A DNA stretch of 61,045 nucleotides, filler included, from Dugesia japonica (Eukaryota): assembly GCA_001938525.1 (NCBI GenBank). It is 6 parts of 6 records of this genome, joined end to end, with 100 filler letters (N's around TTAATTAATTAA, not from the genome) between each part and the next. Parts side by side here need not be neighbours in the genome. Positions count along the whole stretch, not along the records: positions 32,529 to 43,144 come from MQRL01614725.1; positions 43,245 to 51,784 come from MQRL01593053.1; 4 more parts are not named here. One strand, written 5' to 3'. Below the pieces are notes generated by a model. That model made no database searches, was not told the origin of the DNA, and worked only from the letters and a program-made list of their open reading frames with translations. The position numbers and the translations under genes were made by a program. This document shows positions 38,830 through 50,027 of the stretch, piece by piece; positions within the stretch are counted from its first letter, which is position 1; the number at the start of each line of letters is the position of its first letter.

Positions 38830-40240
38830 TGCACTTTGTGGTACACATTGTCAAAAGTACTTTGATGCACTAAATTGACTTGTCCCTTGTTTTGATTTAC
38901 TAGTTGTCTTAATCTCTCATTTTCCTGCATTAGATTATCCAGATTTGTATTCGGATTCCGATTATAATTTGTTTGGTTACGTTCTGACATTCTTTTGCCA
39001 TATGCCCTCTTCTGTTACACTTGTAACAGACCGTTGGATTTTTCAAAAAACACGTTTCTATGTTGTGGTTGGTTCTCTTGCAATAAGTAAAAAATCGGTT
39101 GTTGTTATTATTATTGCCTCTACTTCTACAATCTCGCGCAATATGCCCCTTTCTTTCACAGGAATTGCATTGCATATCTCGATTATTTTGCCAGTTATTC
39201 CGAGGTGCATTAAATCCTCCACCATTTCCTCTGGGATAGTTAGGTCTATCATTCCGGTTATTCCGTTCCTGCCCTGGGGTCAGGGTTTTCATCATTGATT
39301 GCGTATTGGGTATGAAATCTGATATCCGTGTAGTTTCCTCTGTCTGTCCTTCTACTTTGAATATTCGTTCTGACGGTCTATCTGCTACAATTCGCAATGT
39401 TGCCAGAGCGTCTTGTAGAGTCACTGGCTTACTCAATTTTACCATTAGTTTGGTGTTCTCGTCACATAATCCGTTCAAAAAGATGGCGAGTACTTGACTG
39501 TCTTCCAGCTTGTCTCCTAAGGCTAATTTCCCACGCCTTTTGAGTTCCATCATATACGCTTGTGGAGTTTCTCCTCTTTGTTGTTTTCGATTGGTAAATT
39601 GTTTGAAATCCTGGCCAGTCAATTTTAAATTTTGGAAATTATCGGTTAGTATTTTCACAACCTCTTCCCATTTGTCGGGAATGGCTTCCATGCCCTTAGT
39701 GTGATCCCAGAACACCGTTTTGGCTACTCCGGTCAAGTAAGCTGGCAATCGCTTCCTTTTTGCTTCCTCGTCCCATCCACAGGTTTTGGCATACATTTCG
39801 TAATTTTGGATAAGTTCATCCAACTTTTCTGGTATTCCGCTAAAATATTCGCCATCGAATTTTATTTTCCACTCCGGTTGATGGTTTTCGGTTTTGGTTG
39901 TCATGTTGTTGTCCTTTGCTGTGTTGGTTTCTATTTTCGGGTTTTCAGTTATAGCTGGGGTGGTTTTGTTTNNNNNNNNNNNNNNNNNNNNNNNNNNNNN
40001 NNNGGTGCTTCCTTGGTTACTACCTATTATCTCTGTCTCTTCTGAGGTATAACTTAGTTCGCTTAGTCGGTTTTTATCCGTAGGTGGATTATTATGGGTT
40101 CGCTTCTGGATTATTTGATTTTCTTTGTCACTTGGGCTACTATTTGAACTGATGGCTTCTAATGTTTTGGTTTTGGATAGCGAAGTTGATTTGTCGAATT
40201 CTGATTTCTTGAACGAACAAATATTCTCTTCCTGGTCCAA
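38830..40240 (-). CDS. gag: retrotransposon Gag (capsid and zinc knuckles), frameshift near the 3' end
   Basis: FSG..LDELIQNYE..GWDEEAK..LPAYLTGVA..W; RKQQRGETPQAY; CNSCERKGHIARDC and CYKCNRRGHMAKEC, plus a degenerate middle knuckle. It continues in frame 38709-38990, and decayed coding sequence extends upstream to ~40450. Confidence 0.93.
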
Positions 40241-41007
40241 ATAAAATGACGATTTCTTGAATTTCCTTGATTACCTTTGTCGGTTAAGTTGGGCTTCTTT
40301 TAGAGTTGAGCTTGGGGTAGATATTCCGGATGTAATAGACCTTGCAAGTGGTTTTCTATTTTCCGAGTCGGAATCTATTTTGTCAGAGTTCAGCTTGTTG
40401 AGTGCTTACTGTATTTCGGTTTTGGTTTTGTAATACTTGTAGTTTAACTTTCTAGAATAAAATTTACTTTTAATTGTCTTTATTTAGGAGACAATCACTC
40501 CTCTTCTTGATTTTAAACTTTCTTTAATATCATGCTGCTCTACGCTTGTCATCATAGCCCCATAATCATCTTCCTTAAATTTTTTCCTTTTTTTCCTTAA
40601 TTAAGTCTTCCTTCAATCTTCCTGTAATGCTTCCTTTATTTCTTCCTAATTAACGCCAGGTTATCTCTTCCTAAATGTGGGAGTACCCATTTTTCTGTAG
40701 TATCGGCGAACTCTTCTGGCTTTCTTTCTTTTCTTCCTTTTAATATGCCGGGGTAACAGTGCACACTTTTCCTAAATTTATGGGGGAGTACCGAGATTTT
40801 TCTGAGGGATCGGCGGCCCCGTTTGGAGTACCCTTTTCGTGCAGGCGAACGCTTNNNNNNNNNNNNNNNNNNNNNNNNNNNNNNNNNNNNNNNNNNNNNN
40901 NNNNGGGATCGGCGGCCCCGTTTGGAGTACCCTTTTCGTGCAGGCGAACGCTTCCGGCTTCTCTTCCTTTAATGCTTCTTCTAATCAAGCTTCCTTTAGT
41001 GTGCTTA

Positions 41008-41285
41008 ACTACGTGGCCTTCCTTTAACATACTGGTTAATGTACTTAGGACTACACGTATCTTCCTTCCTTGCGTAGACTTCCTTTAAATTCTTCCGAGG
41101 TTTTCCCTCCCATACGCAGGCTTCCTTAATTATGCTTCCTTATTTTCCTACGTGGTCTCCCGTTAATATACTGGTTAATGTACTTAGGGCTTCGCGAAGT
41201 CGTCCTTTAATTTGCTTCCTTCCTACGTGGTATCCCGTTCACATACTGGTTAATGTACTTAGGGCTTCGCGTAGCCTTCTTTTAA
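41008..41285. repeat. three ~65-bp tandem-like repeats in the element leader
   Basis: ctacgtgg..atactggttaatgtacttagg at ~41010, 41150 and 41223; on the minus strand these read (E/V)(A/V)LSTLTS.L..(D/G/Y)HV. Confidence 0.7.
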
Positions 41286-41931
41286 TATATGCGCATCACA
41301 TATCTGGTAATACCCAATTACTTCTTCAGTTATAGTCATTAGACAACTGTTGCGGTTGCTTTCTACAAAGGTGATCAATCTTCTGATTGCAACTTACCAG
41401 TTGGGGATCGCTATTTTCCATAACTGTGTCTGTAATAAATATGACTGGATATTCTTCCTATAATCTTCCTGAAGTTTTTTTCAAGATTAGCTTCCTTAAA
41501 TTTCTTCCTGATTAACATCCTTAAATTTATCTTCCTTTATTTTCCTTTAATTTATTTTCCTTTAATTTATCTTCCTTTACTGTGCTCCTGGTTACGTTTC
41601 CATGGTGACTTCCGTGGATATCTCGACATGATCTCTGAAAATATAAAATTACAAGTTTTATTGATTTTACTTCCTGATTTTACCTGTTTTGTTATTATTC
41701 TTATTCCTTTTTATTTACTAACTCCTTATAATCGTCTTAATTTCATATCATCCTTAACTTCCTATTTTCATAATCTGCTATTTTCATAAGTGATTACATA
41801 ATTTTATAATTTCGATATTTTATTTATTTTCATCATTTATTTAATCATTTTACTAATAATATTACACATAATAATAATCTTTATGCTCTTATTTCCCTAT
41901 TCTTACGGGGTTTTATTTCCTGAAAATTTTA

Positions 41932-41954
41932 TTCAAATCCCGGCTGAGCCCCCA
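41932..41954 (-). promoter_or_regulatory. primer-binding site, tRNA-Pro
   Basis: Minus strand TGGGGGCTCAGCCGGGATTTGAA is complementary to a tRNA-Pro 3' end (..TTCAAATCCCGGNNGAGCCCCCA) and lies 7 nt from the LTR end. Confidence 0.88.
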
Positions 41955-41961
41955 AAATTCT

Positions 41962-43368
41962 TGTTGGGGTCCCACCTGAGTTGGATGAAGAAAAGTGTGG
42001 CTGGAGAAAAACAGCCCTCAGGGGAACCCTTTCAAGAATTTGACCTAACGCCCCTAGGTTAAGTATTCAGCATATGGCGGTTGACCTCTCTCTTAATGGG
42101 AGGTGCGCGCCCATAGGCCTTTGAATTTGGGTTCACNNNNNNNNNNNNNNNNNNNNNNNNNNNNNNNNNNNNNNNNNNNNNNNNNNCCTTTGAATTTGGG
42201 TTCACTCTTTTCCCTGTTCCCACGGCTTCATCAAAGATTAGAACGAATTGAACAATAAAACTTTATTTTAAATGAAAATTAGATAAGATCCAAAGCGCCT
42301 GGATCTAACCACTGGGCTATATCGGTCGTCAAAATGTTGAACGCCGCCGAATCATCATTGTCGTCCTATTGGACCCCTGTAGGGTTTCCTAGTTGGCGGG
42401 AAAGGTCGGATATATATTGTTTGAGGAAATCGATTTTCCTCTGCAATAGCATTTTATTTTCATTTTCTAACGCTTTTGTCTACACCGCCAAGTCCTTCTG
42501 CTTTTTCACAATCTGATCACGTTTTTTGATCAGACGATCTTGCTGGTCTGAATGCTTAATCAATGCTCTATCCGCTTTCTGCTTTAAGTGGCGCTCTAAG
42601 AGTAGACGGCGCATTATGCNNNNNNNNNNNNNNNNNNNNNNNNNNNNNNNNNNNNNNNNNNNNNNNNNNTAGTTGGCGGGATAGGTCAAATATATATTGT
42701 CCTCTGCAACAGCATTTTATTTTCATTTTCTAACGTCTTTGTCAGCACCGCCAAGTCATTCTGCTTTTTCACAATCTGATCAAGTTTTTTGATCAGACAA
42801 TCTCGCAGGTCTAAATGCTTAATCAATGCTCTATCTGCTTTCTGCTTTACGTGGCGCTCTAAGAGTAGACAGCGCATTATGCGATGGCACCTTCGCAGAC
42901 TGTTTGGAAAATTAATGCGTGTCACTAAAAGAAGATATATCATTAAATTATTTCTGTAAAACAGACAAAAGATAATCAAGTGAATAATTCAGAAGGAAGA
43001 ATGTAGGTATAAAAAACGTTTATTTGTAAATTTACAAGTATCAAGGACGCGAGGTCTGGCTACCCTTGTTGACCATTAATGGTTCGAGGGGCATAGCAGC
43101 TTTTAATCGATGGACGTCCTGTACCAATTGGTTTTCGCGGTCTTNNNNNNNNNNNNNNNNNNNNNNNNNNNNNNNNNNNNNNNNNNNNTTAATTAATTAA
43201 NNNNNNNNNNNNNNNNNNNNNNNNNNNNNNNNNNNNNNNNNNNNCCAGATTTAAATTCATCGCGGAGTTTTACCAGGTCAATTACCCTAGACTTAATTTT
43301 ATATAAAGTTCGACCCCCTAGATTTAAATCATACCAGAATTCAACCCACCTAAGGTAAAACCCCAACA
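41962..43368 (-). repeat. 5' LTR of the giant element (true length unknown; spans a scaffold linker)
   Basis: On the minus strand it starts TGTTGGGGT at 43368 and ends ACCCCAACA at 41962. It contains ORF C (42279-42924) and the tail of ORF B (43041-43144). Confidence 0.8.
42279..42924 (-). pseudogene. LTR-encoded ORF/exon C in the 5' LTR (partly duplicated across a gap)
   Basis: After cttttAG: TRINFPNSLRRCHRIMR.LLLERH.KQKADRALIKH..WLDPGALDLI*. Confidence 0.75.
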
Positions 43369-43384
43369 TTATTATTAATATTAA

Positions 43385-43428
<44 letters not shown>
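43369..43428. repeat. (ATT)n microsatellite directly flanking the LTR
   Basis: Direct inspection. Confidence 0.95.
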
Positions 43429-43429
<1 letters not shown>

Positions 43430-43802
43430 TGAATTCTCCCCGTAATATTAACATTGCAATCAATTTTTACGAAGGAATTAATAGCGGGTAATGAAACTTG
43501 TTAGTATTAGAATCACTATTTTTTATGATTATATTTACATTTCCTTAAACTATGCAAGAATATCACGAGAGTGGCATTCATATTGCACTATTCTCGTACT
43601 TGTATTGTACTCGTACTGTATATGTAATACACTATATTACACATTCATCTTGCATACTTCATTTAAATTTCATAAAATATTTATTGACTTCATATAATTC
43701 TTTCAATAATGTTTTACAAGTTTGTGTGAATTTTCAATTATATTTTAAAATTTCATTTAAATAAAGTAATAGCTTCCTTCAAAATAAATTGTTGTTTTAT
43801 AG

Positions 43803-43840
43803 ATATTCAAATTTTTGACAATTGTCTTCTTCAGGAATAT
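43803..43840 (-). ncRNA. minimal type I hammerhead-like motif, G of GAAA mutated
   Basis: atattc-CTGAAGA-a-gac-aatt-gtc-aAAA-attt-gaatat. Confidence 0.5.
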
Positions 43841-44289
43841 TAATGATGTAAATCTATGGTTAAATTATAAAATTATATTAAACTAATTAAGTCAAAAGGT
43901 CATTGCAATGAGTTTTGTTTTAGACTTGTCGAATTCAGTTATGATAACTTGTAAGACAATTTCAAATCTTTTATTTTCTTAGTACTTTTTATAAAACAAT
44001 TTATTCAGAATAATTAAATAATAATTAGCTTGAAGTTATTAACTAAAAGATACTTTCTATAAAATAATTACTTTACATCATTAAATTAAAAAGAAAATAC
44101 ATAAAATAATATTTTTACTTTAAATCATAATTGAACAAATACTTTTACATAAAAAGCGAGAAATAGAGATACAGCCACCATCCGATCATTTAATTCTCTA
44201 ATTTATTATTTCATTTCTTAAAAAATCATTAAATCAATATGCTCCTTCTTCATCATCCATCCAATTTGTTCTTTCGTCACAAATAGGTT

Positions 44290-44630
44290 TAATTATTATT
44301 AATTCGATAGATCCTTTCGCTATCAATAGAGTTAATTCAATCCTTGTTTATTAATTCACTGTACTCTGTTGTTACAATAAATTTAATTAGTTCAATCTTG
44401 TCTTTCATTGCTAATAAAATTAATTCAATCTTTTCACTCGTTGTCAATTAATACATTCTAATACATTAATCTAATACATTTAATTAATTCAGACTTTGCT
44501 CTCGTTGCCAATATAGTTAGTTAATTCAATTTTCGGTGCCAATAAATTTAATTGATTCATCCTCTTATTTCGTTTCTATTATATTTAATCATTAATAATT
44601 CGATCATTTCTCCTATTGCTAATAAATTTT
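44290..44630. repeat. degenerate ~40-bp minisatellite (aattaattcaatc...gttgccaata)
   Basis: Recurrent ttaattca / ttgcNaata motifs seen by eye. Confidence 0.5.
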
Positions 44631-45529
44631 TTAATATCTTGGATGAACGATCTCAGAGGTTGTGAAATATGACATAAATAATGGATTTCCATTCGACTTT
44701 TTAACAATAATTTTTAATAATGTTCATTCAATAATAATTGCTTAATAATGATAGATTTTTTAATAATTGATTGATTTGTGATTTTCCTATATGCTTTTAT
44801 ACCCTACTGTCTTCAATCACTTGCCAATTTTGACAAAAAATTCGGTGGGTGTCTTTCATATTTTTTCTAACAATTTTTTGCTACGCTTTTTTTAACAATG
44901 TTTTTAGATAACAATGCTGTTCAAGGCATCGTGTACAATTTCGTTAGTATCTTTTTTATTCTACTATTGCTATCATTCTTTGCTCATACCGAATACAATA
45001 TTTTGTGACGCTGATGCTAATAATGAGTGCAGCATTGTTACATCGGTGATCACCCGATAACAATATTACTGCTATTGTTGATATCGTATATTGCACTATA
45101 GTGTGCCGTCTCCAAAATTTTTTTTTGATTTTATTCATGTTATATGGTTGACTGCATTTTTGATGTTTTAGATTTATAAGCAGTCAAACGAAACATGGAT
45201 TTTCCAAAATAATAATATTTATGAGAAAATAATAAATATAATAATATTTCTGTCAAATAATAATAAGTCCAAATTAATGTAGAAACTATATATAAATACA
45301 CATATTACACGATCTCTGTATAAATATCGAAAATAATATTAAATTTTAAAATACAATTTATTGACTTTAAATTAACCGCTAAATTAATTTAAATTATTTT
45401 ATCTCGTCTTTACATTTCAATTTAGTTTATTTACTTTTTCGATACTTGCAAGTCAGAACAATAATCCATTCATACAGAAACTCGAAAAATTATTTTAGAC
45501 AAGCGAAGATTTATTGATAAAAAATATTG

Positions 45530-45832
45530 ATCAATTGTCTAAGTCTATAATTTCTTTATTATCTCCTCTACTTGTTCCCTTTTCTAGTTTGGACACCTGA
45601 CTCAATGTCCGTACGGTAGCCCTTAATTTCAGTATTAGACTTGATAATTTCCGCTATAGTGCAACACGCTTGTGTTAGGATCAGATCCATTTTTTTATTT
45701 TCGTGTTTCGCTCACGGAGTCTCGCATTTCGCTGTTGTAGTTCTGTAATCTTATGTTTCTTATTCACTGCACACCATTTCTTTCTGACATCTGCTAATGA
45801 GTTCTCAGCGATTGGTCTCTTTAGAATAGACA
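45530..45832 (-). pseudogene. small coiled-coil-like ORF/exon D, copy 2
   Basis: After aatttAG: SILKRPI..HKITELQQRNARLRERNTKIK.MDLILTQACCTIAEIIKSNTE.RATVRTLSQ; followed by AATAAA. Confidence 0.5.
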
Positions 45833-48515
45833 CTAAATTAAAGATTTAAATTTATTACTTTATTATAAATGATGATTATGATATGGATTTAAAGATCATT
45901 TTGATTGAAAGCTCATATATTATTAAAATTTAGATCGACAAAATATTTAATCATTTAATTAAAATCTAGGTACACGAATTAAGTGAAGCCGAAACCATAT
46001 TGACTGTTTAAAACCTTTTACACAGCTGTTTCTGTCAAGTCAGTACCAGTCTTTAATGGAATGTGAATTTACTGGAGAGCCGTCTCTATATTTCCCGATA
46101 ATCTTTCAATTTTCTTGATGAATTGTATTCTTTCGAATAAATCTAATTAGACTATTTTACTTGCGATCTCTTAGCCGTAATCTAGAAGATGAACCATTCG
46201 TTACAATCGTACCAGTGGCAGCTTTGCTTGTTTCATTAACATTGTTCCAAATTTATTTGTTACAGATAATTTACGTAATTTGTTAATCATAAAGAAAAGA
46301 ATTTACTAAGCCTTGCAACACTGAGATTGTACCGACCAGTTCGTCTTTATCTACTATGTTCTATTTAAATAAACATTGATTTATCACAATACTGAAATAA
46401 ATTAAGAGCAATTATATTAATTGACGAAATTGAATATGGTTTCATTAATCACGATGAAACATTAGATATTTTTAAATAAAGTCCTCAGAGAGAATTATGA
46501 TAAAGGCAATCGCATATTAACTATAATTTAATATCATCATTATAAATCCTGAATAAATCAAATATAAAAATTTAGAAATAATATAACATTCGATTAAAAA
46601 TACGATCATACCAACAATAATATAATTATAAATAAAATTTACTATTTTCAAGGAATTTTTTATACACATGTCAAAATCAGCATTAGAAAATTTATAGGAA
46701 ATGTCCACCACCACCTAAAATTACGTTGCATCATTTTATTAGTGTCAATTTTTATTCATTTCATCTTTATATTTATCCCGAGAATCGATATCATACCAGA
46801 TCTAACCATATTTCATTATGGTTCACCTCTCGGTAGTCAATATCAATATCAGTTTATAGAGTCTAATACTTTCTACATTTATTCATCGTATTTCGTGATT
46901 CTATTCGTCAGTATATTTAAAATTTAGGTTTAAACACTCTTTTATCACACCTATCAATTCATTCCCTCAATCTCCATTTATTCTCAGATTATCGTTATCT
47001 ATTCATAGTTCATGTTGTCGAAAAATGAATCAATTGGGCAATTATCAGCTTCATACTATCTTAACTGACATTTGCATCAAGTGAAAGTGGGGAATGATCT
47101 CGTTTTTAACTTTAAACTTACTCTGAGTTTGAACGGCTCTAGGCATTCCACGCCACACCCGAATCACGATTTATCCCGATCGTCCGATGATCAGTTCTCT
47201 CGGCAGCGTCGGTGACTCTTCCCAGGGAGTGCAGGCGCCTACCGATTTCATTTAGGGTCGTTTTACGGTAGGGCGATAGAAGCTCTAGATTGACAAAAAA
47301 TGTCATGCACACCCACGCTGGAACTCACTTACAATTCAACAAGGTAGATAAATTATAGCATTTTATTTAAGCATTAAACATCAACCATCGTTTATTAAAT
47401 GTCATTCATTTTGGATCTTGCTCTTAATTGAAGATGACGTTTGCTTTGATTTTCTTTTACACGCTTTCATTCGGGAAGAATATGATTGTATATGATTTAT
47501 TCGTTTGAGAATGCTATTTCATCAATACAATAAACTGCGGAATTCTGGTGGCGATCTAGCTTTGTTCATTGCTATCTACTATTTCCTTTAGATTTTTTCA
47601 TCTAGGGTTGTGGTCCTCATAACGAGCGTTGGACATCGCAATGTTCCTTCTGGATCCTCATACCCTGCATTGGTCGTCATAGTTAGTACTTGGAAATCCA
47701 CTCCCATCATTGTGTCGCAATCTCCACTCGCATCATTCCGTTGACTAACACTTACCATTTGAGCTATCATCTTTATCGTTCAGAGGACTTTATTTTTGTC
47801 ATAGGAGAGCAGTCATTCGCAGTATTCGGTAAGATTCACCTTTTTTGTTTTAGAACCATCCGGTTTCGAGTAATACTTTTATTCTTCGCAAGCAGCTTTA
47901 TTTTTATCAGTCGCGATCAGTTTTATCATTAACTTCTTTATTAGGAGCATATTTATCATTGGCATCTTTATTACATGCATCATTATCATTAGAAAATTCA
48001 TTTGGAATTGTCATTCTTGCATATCGTTCAGGAAAAAATCGTTCATTTAGTTTTCAATTCTTCATTTCGATCTTTAGTTATAATTCAGAGACCCTCAGTT
48101 GTCGAAGTGCGAGATCCATGAAGCAAAACTAAACGTAAATTTTAAAGAAAAATTAATCTTACCGAAATACAAGATGGCCGAAAAAATGGCTGAGTGGATT
48201 GGTTTTTTTTCTTGTAGAAATTAAAGCAACAAAAATAAACTGATAATTTTAATTGCCAGGGCTTATATTTGTNNNNNNNNNNNNNNNNNNNNNNNNNNNN
48301 NNNNNNNNNNNNNNNNNNNNNNNNNNNNNNNNNNNNNNNNNNNNNNNNNNNNNNNNNNNNNNNNNNNNNNNNNNNNNNNNNNNNNNNNNNNNNNNNNNNN
48401 NNNNNNNNNNNNNNNNNNNNTAAACCTTTAATTTCGGGTTCTATATTTTCCCTATTATTATCCAAGAAAATAAACTACAACTCTGATTAAAAATTTTTAT
48501 TAAAAGTAAACATAT

Positions 48516-48898
48516 TTAAAGCAGATCCAAGGCTCCTGGATCAAGCCACTGGTCAGGGGACGTTATTTCAAAATTGAATGCAGCGATGTCCTCATCGTTG
48601 TCCCACTGCATGGTGTTGGGGTTGCCAATCTGCCTCGATAAGTCCGCAATATATTGTTTTAGGAATTCTATTTTTCGCTGTAGTAATTGTTTATTCTCTG
48701 CTTCCAATGCCTTTGTCTGGATGGCAAGGTCATTTTGCTTTTATACTATAGCGTCCAATCTTTTAATTAGCTTATCTCGTTGGTCTAAATGTCGTAAGAG
48801 GGCCTGGTTGGTTTTTCGTTTCAGGTGCCTCTCTATCAGCAGACGGCGCAGTAGGTGGTGGCATCTACGAAGATTGTTTGAGAAATGGATACGAGTCA
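48516..48898 (-). pseudogene. LTR-encoded ORF/exon C, one in-frame stop
   Basis: After ttgttttAG: TRIHFSNNLRRCHHLLRRLLIERHLKRK..(TAA at 48741)..LLQRKIEFLKQYIADLSRQIGNP..WLDPGALDLL. Confidence 0.8.
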
Positions 48899-49038
48899 CT
48901 AAAACAAATTATCATTAATTTTAGTAAAATTTCCTCAATGGAAAAGAACATAAATCTGATGAAAATAACAAAAAACAAGAAATCCACGAGACAGTTCAAA
49001 CGAGAAAATTTATTAACACAAAAGAGGTGGCCTCCAAA

Positions 49039-49397
49039 TTAATTCTTAGGGGTTTGGGTGCTTTTCTCAACCATTAAAGGTTCTAGTGGCATGGACGCCT
49101 TCAGCTTCAGAACATCACCTACCAGTTTATTTTCTCGGTCTTGGTAGGACCGGATCATCTCAACCAAGGACTCTACCTGCCCCTTCCACACTCTCTCTTG
49201 TGCATGGGAGGCCTCGACTTCCTTTCGGAAAGCCACACATTTTTTTCGGTATCGGCTTACTTTACTATTGGCGTTGGCTGTATCCGCATCCCACTTACGC
49301 TTGGCGAGACGATACAGGTCCCACGTCATCTCGCGGTCCTCGCTGTCATCACGCATTTTTTTCGTCGGAGCCGAACTTCGATTTAACGATGAGTGCA
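49039..49397 (-). CDS. LTR-encoded ORF/exon B, intact, coiled-coil-like
   Basis: A 119-aa open frame that starts at an AG|TG junction rather than an ATG; homologous to 17938-18341; AATAAA downstream. Confidence 0.8.
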
Positions 49398-49622
49398 CTA
49401 GTAGTTACATATCAATACGAGCAAGAATCAGAAATTTATGCATCCAGATCAAAATATATATGTATAACTTTTCTTTTAAGTTAGTTTAGTGAAATATCTA
49501 AATTTGGGTCTGCTTTATAAAAGAAGAGCTGTAAATATTAGTTGAAGATTCGCATTACAATAATAACAACAAGCATATATTCTAATTTGAAAAATTATAG
49601 TATACATGGGTAATTTAATAAG

Positions 49623-50027
49623 TCAAGGAGTGGGGTCTGTGTTTTCTAAAGCGCCACCACTGGCCTGATTTCGCAGTTCCCATAGAGTATTACCAAGATC
49701 TAATGAAAATCTAGTACCTCGAGGAAGGTGGGCAATCGACACAGGTAACAAAGACGGCCCATTTTGCCATTGATTAAATGTCTGATTTGTTACTGGATCA
49801 AAAAGGGGGGTTCGGTGCATAACTTCTTGGGTGCGATCGGGACCGACCCATTCAAAGAAAGCTTGGCGCTCTGCAGCCGCCCATTCTCTTTCGTTATCCC
49901 CATCTTCCTGGGTTAAGTTGGAATAATCCGCCAGGATACCCGCATTTCGGTCATGTGGGTTTTTGTATCGTTTAAAAATGGTACGCCCTGTGCGACGATC
50001 CCATAGTAGCTCCCATTTATGTTCCAT
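49623..50027 (-). CDS. LTR-encoded ORF A, intact, 134 aa, unknown function
   Basis: ATG-initiated ORF preceded by an acceptor-like taatgtAG; conserved at protein level with 17347-17770. Confidence 0.78.
   Translation of the reverse strand: MEHKWELLWDRRTGRTIFKRYKNPHDRNAGILADYSNLTQEDGDNEREWAAAERQAFFEWVGPDRTQEVMHRTPLFDPVTNQTFNQWQNGPSLLPVSIAHLPRGTRFSLDLGNTLWELRNQASGGALENTDPTP

Larger units (their letters stand above)
32529..43368 (-). mobile_element. giant Gypsy/Metaviridae-like LTR retroelement (Burro/Ogre-like) with env, 3' end missing
   Basis: LTR, tRNA-Pro PBS, gag with CCHC knuckles and a long polyprotein ending in a glycoprotein. The coding part is visibly more GC-rich than its flanks. 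Confidence 0.85.

Noticed and set aside
33993-40045. Plus-strand ORFs antisense to the polyprotein and gag
   Set aside because: Shadow frames of the coding strand with no recognisable motifs.
42390-42885. Tandem duplication of ORF C within the 5' LTR
   Set aside because: It flanks a gap and is absent from the other two LTR copies, so it probably reflects reads from two LTR copies stitched together.
49390-49400. Spliced-leader trans-splicing supplying the ATG for ORFs B and C
   Set aside because: A leader ending in a complete AUG joined at these AG sites would be out of frame with the conserved ORFs; phase-1 cis-splicing fits better.
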